Assembly: GCA_963719085.1 (NCBI GenBank)
Contig: CAVRAL010000005.1
Span: forward strand, 64,001-128,000
From: a candidate division FCPU426 bacterium
GTDB lineage: Bacteria; Oederibacteriota; Muellerivitia; Muellerivitales; Muellerivitaceae
Direction of reading: 5' to 3'
Length of the DNA stretch: 64,000 nucleotides
Shown: one piece after another, positions 46,896-54,822 of the stretch
Numbering within the stretch: position 1 is the stretch's first letter
Layout: every line of letters begins with the position of its first letter
Program-made: the position numbers and the translations under genes
The notes under the pieces: generated by a model
The model's input: only the letters and a program-made list of their open reading frames with translations
The model's database searches: none
What the model was told of the DNA's origin: nothing

Positions 46896-47102
46896 CGCTT
46901 CCTCTTTCTTGCGACTCAAAAATGCTGTAATAAATGCCTTCGATAGGTTAGACGAACCAAGGTTCCAAAAAGAAGCAGAATTTTCGGTGGATTATTTTTT
47001 TCGGCCATTTTAAAGAGATTTAAAAAAGATACCCCGGCTAGTGGCTTCCCGAAAATATGAATTCGGAACTATGCCTTTGACAAAGCAGGCAAGGCCCGTC
47101 TT

Positions 47103-47215
47103 TTGAAACAATGATAAATGCGGATGAAGACTGATGTTTGAAACACAAAAATCGGGCTTTATCAGCCTTCATCAATGTTTTAACAGCTCTTGCTTTGCGA
47201 AGTGAATGATTCCGT
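47103..47215 (+). repeat. Gene-less GxxExxY-type element (subfamily 1, no insert)
   Basis: TTGAAACAATGATAAATGCGGATGAAGACTGAT...ATCAGCCTTCATCAATGTTTTAA...TCTTGCTTTGCGAAGTGAATGATTCCGT. Confidence 0.88.
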
Positions 47216-47221
47216 ATGAAT

Positions 47222-48184
47222 TTAATCACCGATATAACCCTTGGCGTTTTCCTGGAACTTAAACCGCGCGGCGCCTTCATCCAGTGAAGGATCTTCCGGA
47301 AAGCGGTGTCCCGTAATCCAAATTAAATTATCTTTATCCAGTCGATAAAGATCGGTCCAGGTGATTCCCCGCCCGGTCTGGGTAATCGCTAAGTAACTTT
47401 TTCCCGCCCATTGAAAAGCTTGGTCGATTTGGTTGTGGGGCAATCGGTTCCAAACCCGCAATTGGTCCCCCACCCGGCAAAGCACGGTCTGGTTGGTTTG
47501 TTTGGTGGGGTACTTATATTTCAGCTCAAGCCATTCGATGCCGGACGCCTTATCGCAAAAAGATTGGCCGTAATTCGACTCGGTCATCCAGCGTTTGATT
47601 TGCCAATCCGGCGGCGGATTTTTCAAGCCCGCCAGCATTTGGGTGAATATCTGCTGGGATGAATATTCGGGAAGGAGAATGGGGCCAAAGTCCGTGGCGC
47701 GGTCCGAAGCGACCGTTCGCGGCGAGGAAGAAGCGTCCTCCAAATAAACCGCCCGTTCGGTCCAACGGCTGGTGCCGTCAAGGGTGGCGGGCAAAGAGGC
47801 GGCCTCAAAATGAAACCAAGCGCAAACCGGGATTTTACCGATTATTTTTTGCGCTTTGAACCCGCCGACCTCGACGCTTCCCCGGCAAACCGAGTCATAA
47901 AAGACCCAAAGCTTTTCATTTTTCAGGGGTGACAGCGAAAGCGAGGGCGCCAAGTCATGGGGAAATGCCCCCATGGTCTTTTTCATCCGTTGGAGCAGGG
48001 CCGCTTCCCGGCGTTCTTCGCGCGCCGTGTCGCCCTCCCGGGGAGCGCACCCCTGGACTTCCACAAGACGGTCCAGGAAAAACCGGGGCGCCGGCTGGGC
48101 GAAGGCCGCATCGCCGACGAACCAGGCGAGAATCAACGCCCCTGCCGCGAAGCCGATTTCTTTTCGAAACATCCTGAACCCCAA
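47222..48184 (-). CDS. Hypothetical exported protein
   Basis: 320-aa ORF with signal peptide, directly downstream of GH94. Confidence 0.65.
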   Translation of the reverse strand: MGFRMFRKEIGFAAGALILAWFVGDAAFAQPAPRFFLDRLVEVQGCAPREGDTAREERREAALLQRMKKTMGAFPHDLAPSLSLSPLKNEKLWVFYDSVCRGSVEVGGFKAQKIIGKIPVCAWFHFEAASLPATLDGTSRWTERAVYLEDASSSPRTVASDRATDFGPILLPEYSSQQIFTQMLAGLKNPPPDWQIKRWMTESNYGQSFCDKASGIEWLELKYKYPTKQTNQTVLCRVGDQLRVWNRLPHNQIDQAFQWAGKSYLAITQTGRGITWTDLYRLDKDNLIWITGHRFPEDPSLDEGAARFKFQENAKGYIGD

Positions 48185-48198
48185 ATCTTTTTAACGGC

Positions 48199-50643
48199 TT
48201 ATTGGCCCAAAACCACTTCGACCTGGACGCTTTTCTTATTCTTGGCCGGCGGAATGATGTCGCCTTGAACGGTTTGTCCGTCCACCTTGATCGACTTCAC
48301 CCCCCGGGACAAACCCTTTGGGTTTGAGACCGTGATTTTATATTCCACACCCCGGTATTCCCGCGTGACCTTAAATTCTTTCCAACCCTTCGGGACGCAA
48401 GGATCAATCCTCAGGCCGACAAAATCCGGCTTCACCCCGAGCAAACCTTGGGACACCGTCAAGAAGGTCCAGGCCGCGGTTCCGGTCAACCAGGAATTTT
48501 TCGCCTCGCCCGGCGTGGCCGCGTCCCGGCCCGCGATCATCTGGGCGTAGACATAAGGCTCGCTTCGGTAGGTCTCAATCTGTTCCTCTTTGGCCGAGGG
48601 GCAAATCGAAAGATAATATTCCAAGGCCCGGTCCCCTTCGCCGAGCAAACACCAACCCAGATTGATCCAGGTATTGTTATGGCAGAAAATGCCGGCGTTT
48701 TCTTTATAGCCCGGCGGATAGCTGGTCACTTCACCCAATTCCAAGTGATAGGTGCTGTAGGCCGGCTGTTGGAGAATGACGCCGTTGGACGTGTAGAGAA
48801 GCTTGTGGACGCTTTCCAGGGCCTGCTGGGCCCGTCCATTATTCATCCCCGCCCCGCCCAACACGCACCAGCCCTGGCTTTCGATGAAAATTTTGCCTTC
48901 CTCGCAAACTTTGGAACCTACCGGGTTCCCCTTGGCGTCAAAAGCGCGGGTATACCATTCACCATCCCAAGCCTGCTCCTCCACCACTTTCAACATGTCG
49001 TCATAGGCCTTTTGAAGGCGGCTTTGGTCTTGGGCCTTCCCCATATACTTATAGAGCGAAACCATTTCCCGCGACGCGTAAAGGAAAAGCCCGGCGATCA
49101 TGACGGATTCCGCCTTGGACCCCTTCACGTCGCCCGCGGTCTGGAAGGACTCGTTTGGCTCGGTGGAAAAGCAATTTAGGTTCAAGCAATCGTTCCAATC
49201 AGCGTGCCCGATCAAGGGTAGACCATGATCCCCCCGGTTTTTCAAGGTGTAAGCGATGCTGGTTTCCAAATGATGAAGCAGGTTTTCTTTGCTTCCCGGC
49301 TTATCGGCGTAACCCACCGGCTCTTCCAAAATCGAAAGGTCGCCCGTTTCTTTTATATAGGCGCAAGTGGACAGGATCAGCCAAAGATGGTCGTCATAAA
49401 AGTCGCCGCCCACCTCAGCGTTCCCCTTTTTGGTGAGAGGTTGGTATTGGTGGTAGCAGGTTCCATCGGACAATTGGGTGCCCGCGATATCTAAAATCCG
49501 CTGGCGGGCCCGGCCCGGAATCAGGTGTACGAAGCCGAGCAAATCCTGGTTGCTGTCACGAAAACCCATGCCCCGGCCGATGCCCGTCTCATAAAGGCTC
49601 GCCGAACGGGACAAATTGAATGTGGCCATACATTGATACTGGTTCCAAGTGTTGAGCATCCGCTGGGCGTGCGGGTCGGGGCAATCCACCTGGAACTTGG
49701 ACAAAAGCCCCTGCCACATACCTTGGATGGACTTCAAAGCCTCATCCACCGCGCCGGCCTTTTGATACTTGGCCAAAAGCGCTTGGCCCTTCGATTTGTT
49801 CATCACAAAAGGCTTGTCGAATTTCGGAAGCTCACCTTGATCCACGTAAGCCAAAAGGAACGAAAAGCTTTCCGAAGCGCCGGGCGCCAGCTTTAAATGA
49901 ATCTCGTGGGAGCCGATCGGGTTCCACCCATGGGCCACGCTTTTCGCCGACTTTCCGGCGAAAGGAACGGCGGCTTCATGCAAGCCGTTATGAACGCCCA
50001 CGAAAGCGTCCCGGGAGGTGTCAAAGCCGGCGACTTCCTTCGTACAGGCGAAAAGCGCGTAGTGGTTGCGGCGTTCGCGGTATTCGGTTTTGTGATAAAT
50101 GGCCGAGCCCTCCACTTCCACCTCGCCGATGGAATAGGTCCGCTGATAGTTCGTCATGTCGTTCAAAGCCTCGAACAGGCAGAACTCCACATAAGAATAA
50201 AGCTTGAGGTCTTTCACCGTCTTGCCCGTGTTCGTGACGGTCGTTTTCCAAATTTCAACGTTTTCGCCCGGAGGCACAAAGAACAACATCTCGACTTCCA
50301 CGCCGCCCTTGGCGCCCAAAATTTTGGTGTAGCCCAGCCCATGGCGGCATTCGTATTTGTCCAGCTTGGCCTTTACCGGTTTCCAACCCGGATTCCAGAC
50401 CGAACCACCGTCATTGACGTAAAGGTAGCGCCCGCCCAAGTCCATCGGCACATTGTTGTAGCGGTAGCGGGTCAATCGGCGAAGCTTGGCGTCCTTCCAA
50501 AAGGTGTAGCCGCCGGCGGTATTGGTGCAAAGCCCGAAAAACTCGTCCTGGCCCAAGTAGTTGAGCCAAGGCAGGGGCGTATCGGGCCGGGTAATCACAT
50601 ATTCCCGGTTGGAATCGTCGAAATGGCCATAGGGGTTTTTCAC
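48199..50643 (-). CDS. GH94 glycoside phosphorylase, probably cellobiose phosphorylase
   Basis: YGHFDD..REYVI..PDTP.PW.NY, GRGMGFRDSNQD, DWNDCLNL...ESFQT, KENAGIFCH, WLTGTA. Confidence 0.9.
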   Translation of the reverse strand: MKNPYGHFDDSNREYVITRPDTPLPWLNYLGQDEFFGLCTNTAGGYTFWKDAKLRRLTRYRYNNVPMDLGGRYLYVNDGGSVWNPGWKPVKAKLDKYECRHGLGYTKILGAKGGVEVEMLFFVPPGENVEIWKTTVTNTGKTVKDLKLYSYVEFCLFEALNDMTNYQRTYSIGEVEVEGSAIYHKTEYRERRNHYALFACTKEVAGFDTSRDAFVGVHNGLHEAAVPFAGKSAKSVAHGWNPIGSHEIHLKLAPGASESFSFLLAYVDQGELPKFDKPFVMNKSKGQALLAKYQKAGAVDEALKSIQGMWQGLLSKFQVDCPDPHAQRMLNTWNQYQCMATFNLSRSASLYETGIGRGMGFRDSNQDLLGFVHLIPGRARQRILDIAGTQLSDGTCYHQYQPLTKKGNAEVGGDFYDDHLWLILSTCAYIKETGDLSILEEPVGYADKPGSKENLLHHLETSIAYTLKNRGDHGLPLIGHADWNDCLNLNCFSTEPNESFQTAGDVKGSKAESVMIAGLFLYASREMVSLYKYMGKAQDQSRLQKAYDDMLKVVEEQAWDGEWYTRAFDAKGNPVGSKVCEEGKIFIESQGWCVLGGAGMNNGRAQQALESVHKLLYTSNGVILQQPAYSTYHLELGEVTSYPPGYKENAGIFCHNNTWINLGWCLLGEGDRALEYYLSICPSAKEEQIETYRSEPYVYAQMIAGRDAATPGEAKNSWLTGTAAWTFLTVSQGLLGVKPDFVGLRIDPCVPKGWKEFKVTREYRGVEYKITVSNPKGLSRGVKSIKVDGQTVQGDIIPPAKNKKSVQVEVVLGQ

Positions 50644-50762
50644 GCGAGCTCCTTGAGGATAAAGGGTTGGTGGACAAGGGATTTTACAGGGAGGGCCGGG
50701 TGGAGACCAGCCGATTTTTTAGCCGCATTGACTTCCCCCTTTATTCCTGCTTCAATCAACCC

Positions 50763-50837
50763 ATGAGCCGCCCAAACCCTATCCTCATTCGAATTACCAA
50801 AGCCTCCTTCGGGCGCCGGGATGGTTTCCGCTTTTAG
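50763..50837 (+). CDS. ilvA attenuator leader peptide
   Basis: MSRPNPILIRITKASFGRRDGFRF*, with an Ile-Leu-Ile-Arg-Ile-Thr codon cluster. Confidence 0.75.
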   Translation: MSRPNPILIRITKASFGRRDGFRF

Positions 50838-50857
50838 TGTGACCTTTACTCACCTTC

Positions 50858-50892
50858 AAGCCCATCCCCGGACTCCCGGGGGTGGGCTTTTT
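50858..50892 (+). terminator. Attenuator terminator upstream of ilvA
   Basis: AAGCCCATCCCCGG-actc-CCGGGGGTGGGCTT-TTT; leader GGGATGG can pair with the CCATCCC arm. Confidence 0.82.
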
Positions 50893-51019
50893 CGTTTGCG
50901 GACAAAAAAAGCCTGGATTTTTAAAAACCCTAATTCATCGGACAATATTGAAACCGAATATAAAAAATGAGCGGGAGCACAAGCCGGCGGTGTAATTTTT
51001 AATTCGTCAGGAGCTTTTC

Positions 51020-52564
51020 ATGAAAAAAAACAATGACTTCGCCAAATCCAAGCGGGGCCGCGATTACCTGAAGCGGATCCTGAACACCCGGGTTTACGAC
51101 GTGGCCATCCAATCCCCCTTGGAAAAGGCCCCGGCGCTTTCCCGGCGGCTCCACAATACCGTTCTTTTAAAACGGGAAGATCTCCAGCCTGTTTTTTCCT
51201 TCAAGTTGCGGGGAGCCTACAACAAAATGTCGGGCCTTTCGCGCCAAAGCCTGAAAGCGGGTGTCGTGGCGGCCTCCGCGGGCAATCACGCCCAGGGGGT
51301 CGCCTTGGCCGCGCAAAAACTCAAGTGCCGGGCTCTGATCGTCATGCCCGTTACCACGCCGGACATCAAGATCAAGGCGGTCGTGAACCGGGGCGCCCAG
51401 GTCATCCTCAAAGGCGACTCGTATGACGACGCCTACCAGTTCGCCCTGACACTGGCGCGCAAAAGAAAATTAACTTTCATCCACCCTTACGATGACCCGG
51501 CGGTCATCGCGGGCCAAGGTACGGTGGGGCTTGAGCTGTTGAGCCAGCATCCCGAGCCGATTCAGGCTCTGTTCGTCGCCATCGGCGGAGGCGGACTTAT
51601 TTCCGGCATCGCCGCTTACGTCAAACAACTGCGGCCCGAGATCAAAATCATCGGCGTGGAACCCGTGGATTCCGACGCCATGCGCCGCTCCCTTTTGGCC
51701 GGCCGCCGGGTGCGCTTGCCCCATGTGGGTCTTTTCGCCGACGGCGTGGCGGTCAAAAAAGTCGGGAAAGAAACCTTTGAACTATGCCGGGAATTGGTGG
51801 ATGAAATTTTGTTGGTCGACACGGACGACATTTGCGCCGCCATCAAGGACGTTTTCGAGGATACCCGCTCCATCTTGGAACCCGCCGGGGCCCTGGCGGT
51901 GGCCGGGCTCAAGCAGTATGTGGAAAAGCGCGGCATCAAAAACCAAACCTTGGCGGCGGTGGCTTGCGGAGCCAATATGAACTTTGACCGCTTGCGCTTC
52001 GTGGCCGAACGCGCCGAATTGGGCGAGCGCCGGGAATCGCTTTGGGCCGTCACCATTCCGGAAAAACCCGGTAGTTTTAAAGCCTTCTGCCGGCTCTTAG
52101 GGAACCGCAATGTGACCGAGTTTAATTACCGCTACGCCGACCCGGCTCAAGCCCGTGTTTTCGTCGGACTCCAAGTGAAAAACAGATCCGAAACCAAAAC
52201 CTTAAACGCCAAACTTAAAAAAGCGGGGCTTCCCGCCGTCGACCTGAGCCTGAATGAAATGGCCAAGCTCCATATCCGCCACTTGGTGGGCGGCCGCGCG
52301 CCAGGCCTGAAAGACGAGCGCTTGTTCCGTTTTGAGTTCCCGGAAAAACCGGGCGCTTTGATGACCTTCCTGACCCGCATGGGGAAAAACTGGAACATCA
52401 GCCTGTTCCATTACCGAAACCACGGCGCGGACTATGGGCGGGTCCTGGCGGGTATCCAGGTACCGCCAAAAGAGAACCATGCGTTTGGGTTTTTTTTGAA
52501 AAAACTGGGGTATGAGTTCACCGAAGAAACCAACAATCCGGCCTATCGGTTATTTTTGGAATAA
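51020..52564 (+). CDS. ilvA: Threonine ammonia-lyase, biosynthetic (long form)
   Basis: KREDLQPVFSFKLRGAYN, SAGNHAQG, GANMNFDRL, two regulatory domains ending LFHYRNHG. Confidence 0.97.
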   Translation: MKKNNDFAKSKRGRDYLKRILNTRVYDVAIQSPLEKAPALSRRLHNTVLLKREDLQPVFSFKLRGAYNKMSGLSRQSLKAGVVAASAGNHAQGVALAAQKLKCRALIVMPVTTPDIKIKAVVNRGAQVILKGDSYDDAYQFALTLARKRKLTFIHPYDDPAVIAGQGTVGLELLSQHPEPIQALFVAIGGGGLISGIAAYVKQLRPEIKIIGVEPVDSDAMRRSLLAGRRVRLPHVGLFADGVAVKKVGKETFELCRELVDEILLVDTDDICAAIKDVFEDTRSILEPAGALAVAGLKQYVEKRGIKNQTLAAVACGANMNFDRLRFVAERAELGERRESLWAVTIPEKPGSFKAFCRLLGNRNVTEFNYRYADPAQARVFVGLQVKNRSETKTLNAKLKKAGLPAVDLSLNEMAKLHIRHLVGGRAPGLKDERLFRFEFPEKPGALMTFLTRMGKNWNISLFHYRNHGADYGRVLAGIQVPPKENHAFGFFLKKLGYEFTEETNNPAYRLFLE

Positions 52565-52575
52565 AAGAAAAACCT

Positions 52576-52694
52576 CATTTACCGCAAAGACGCAAAGTCC
52601 CCAAGTGAGACAAGAATTTTTTTGGTTCTTGCACAAGACCATTACTTGAAGTCTAAATGATGGCCTTGGCGACTTTGCGTCTTTGCGGTAAATG
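52576..52694. repeat. Intergenic palindromic element (CGCAAAG family)
   Basis: CATTTACCGCAAAGACGCAAAGTCCCCAAG / CTTGGCGACTTTGCGTCTTTGCGGTAAATG, 29/30 complementary. Confidence 0.88.
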
Positions 52695-52705
52695 GGTTCC
52701 CAAAA

Positions 52706-52738
52706 TAAAAAAGGGGAAGGGCTTTCGCCCTTCCCCTT
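52706..52738 (-). terminator. Terminator after glnK
   Basis: AAGGGGAAGGGC-tttc-GCCCTTCCCCTT with a T run on the minus strand. Confidence 0.78.
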
Positions 52739-52761
52739 CTCTCTCTCGAACAAAAACCCGA

Positions 52762-53100
52762 TTAGCTGAGGGCTTTGTTTCCTTTTTCACCAGTCCGGAT
52801 ACGGAAGGCGTTGGCGATATCCGAAACGAATATCTTTCCGTCGCCGATCTCACCGGTCTTGGCCGCTTTGCTGATGGTTTCGACCACTTCTTCCACTTGG
52901 CCGTCCTCAACCACCGCGACCAACAGCAGCTTGGGCAAGAGCCCTTCCACGGTCTGTCCGCGGTAGGATTCGGTAATGCCCTTTTGCTTCCCGTGCCCCT
53001 GCACCGGGATCACCGTCAAACCGGGGTATCCAACCTTGTTCAATCCATCCAGCACAGACTTCAACGCGCTGGGACGGACAATCGCTTCAATCTTTTTCAT
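52762..53100 (-). CDS. glnK: P-II nitrogen regulatory protein
   Basis: MKKIEAIVRP, TGEIGDGKIFV, RIRTGE; downstream of amtB. Confidence 0.92.
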   Translation of the reverse strand: MKKIEAIVRPSALKSVLDGLNKVGYPGLTVIPVQGHGKQKGITESYRGQTVEGLLPKLLLVAVVEDGQVEEVVETISKAAKTGEIGDGKIFVSDIANAFRIRTGEKGNKALS

Positions 53101-53136
53101 TTCGTTCCCTCCATCATGGGTAAATGACCAACGCTG

Positions 53137-54519
53137 TTAAAGAATGTATCCTTCTTCTCCGTGCTGAGACAAGTCCAATCCCAATTCCTCTTCCTTCGGG
53201 GTGGCCTTAAGACCAATGGTCTTTTCCACCAAGAAGTAGAGGATCGTGGTAGCGACCAGCGAAAACACCGCCACAAATCCAATGGTTTTGAATTGGATAA
53301 TCATTTGAGGGAAGTTACCGTGCACCCAACCGTTCGCCCCGGCGCTATTCACAGCCGTGGTCGCGAAAATACCGGTCGAGATGGCTCCCCAGGTTCCGCC
53401 GATGCCGTGAACCCCGAAGGTATCCAACGAATCGTCATAACCCAATTTGATCTTCACTTGGATGGCCAGGTAGCAGACAATCGAAACAACGCCGCCGACC
53501 CATAACGAGCCAAACAAGTCAACGAAACCGCAAGCCGGGGTGATCGCCACGAGCCCAGCGACGGCTCCCGAAGCGGCGCCCAAGGAAGTAGCTTTACCCT
53601 TGTGAAGCAACTCGATCAAGTTCCACATCAAAGCGCCCATCGCGGTCGCCGTGTTCGTGGTCACGAAAGCGTTGCTAGCCAAGTAATCATGCGATTCGAC
53701 CGCGGAGCCGGCGTTAAAGCCGAACCAGCCGAACCAGAGGAGCGAAGCTCCCAAAAGAACCAAGGTCAGATTGTGGGGAACCATGGCTTCCTTGCCATAA
53801 CCTTTGCGGGTTCCTAAGAGCAGGGCCAAAGCCAAGGCGGAGTAACCGGAAGACATATGAACGACGGTTCCACCGGCAAAGTCCAAAGCTCCCAAGGAAG
53901 CAAAGTAACCGCCGCCCCACACCATGTGGGCGATCGGGTCATAAACGAACGTGGCCCACAAGAGTGAGAACACGGCGAAACCGATGAACTTCACCCGTTC
54001 CGCGTAACCACCCGTGATCAAAGCCGGGGTGATGACCGCGAACATGGCTTGGAAGATCATGTAAGCGTAATGCGGAATCGTCGGAGCCAAGGGGCTAACG
54101 AGGGGCATATTGTTCAGCATGACCCAGCTCAATCCCCCGAACCAGGGATTACCGGGGCCGAAGGCGATCGAGTAACCGAAGATCACCCATTGAACGCTGA
54201 CCAAGCAGAGAATAAAGAAGCTCTGCATGATGGTCGCCATCACGTTCTTCTTGCGAACCATACCGCCGTAGAAAAAAGCCAATCCGGGGGTCATCAACAT
54301 GACCAAGGCGGCCGAAGCCAAAACCCAAGCCGTGTCACCGGAATCAATTTTCGGGGGAGCCGGAGCCGCCGTCGTCGCCGGAGCAGCGGCAGCCGTCGCC
54401 GGAGCAGCGGCCGTCGTCGCCGGAGCGGACTGAGCTCCAACCGAACTGGCAATGAAGAAAGAGAAGGCCAAGACAAAAAGCGCCATGGCTCCCTTTTTCA
54501 TGAAACTAAGATCTTTCAT
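53137..54519 (-). CDS. amtB: Ammonium transporter
   Basis: MTPGLAFFYGG, DFAGGTVVH, WFGWFGFNAGS, DDSLDTFGVHG; AAGGAGG RBS; Ala/Pro/Thr linker after the signal peptide. Confidence 0.97.
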   Translation of the reverse strand: MKDLSFMKKGAMALFVLAFSFFIASSVGAQSAPATTAAAPATAAAAPATTAAPAPPKIDSGDTAWVLASAALVMLMTPGLAFFYGGMVRKKNVMATIMQSFFILCLVSVQWVIFGYSIAFGPGNPWFGGLSWVMLNNMPLVSPLAPTIPHYAYMIFQAMFAVITPALITGGYAERVKFIGFAVFSLLWATFVYDPIAHMVWGGGYFASLGALDFAGGTVVHMSSGYSALALALLLGTRKGYGKEAMVPHNLTLVLLGASLLWFGWFGFNAGSAVESHDYLASNAFVTTNTATAMGALMWNLIELLHKGKATSLGAASGAVAGLVAITPACGFVDLFGSLWVGGVVSIVCYLAIQVKIKLGYDDSLDTFGVHGIGGTWGAISTGIFATTAVNSAGANGWVHGNFPQMIIQFKTIGFVAVFSLVATTILYFLVEKTIGLKATPKEEELGLDLSQHGEEGYIL

Positions 54520-54822
54520 AATCATCCTCCTTCGTTGATGGTGCGACAAAACCGCAACAACATGGGGCGGAGTATACTTTGCTTTTGCGGACCGCCAAGT
54601 CTCAAAAGGCCTTCCCGTTAAATCTTAACGCCCTCTTTACGCTCGGTTTTGTCAATTAATTCAATTTTGAGTCTATTTCTACATTAATGTCGTTGTTTCG
54701 TTTTTTTGCCTTAAAGCCGTCCAGTGCCGTTTTATAAAAAAAGATGTCCCTGGACCGTGAACTTAAAGGGTCCCAGAGTAAAATGCGGAGGTCGCTAAAG
54801 TCGCACAAACGGAAAACATATT

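Noticed and set aside
4894..47215. Repeat copies as a CRISPR array or integron attC sites
   Set aside because: Copies are dispersed kilobases apart and paired as inverted arms; no cas or integrase genes; no RYYYAAC/GTTRRRY ends
54355..54430. Tandem GCCGTCG(TCG)CCGGAGCAGCG repeats
   Set aside because: They encode the Ala/Pro/Thr linker of AmtB; not an independent element
54743..54789. Minus-strand TCCGCAT...GGGACATC upstream of kdpD (module ends, or a c-di-AMP riboswitch)
   Set aside because: The interior matches neither the module nor the ydaO consensus
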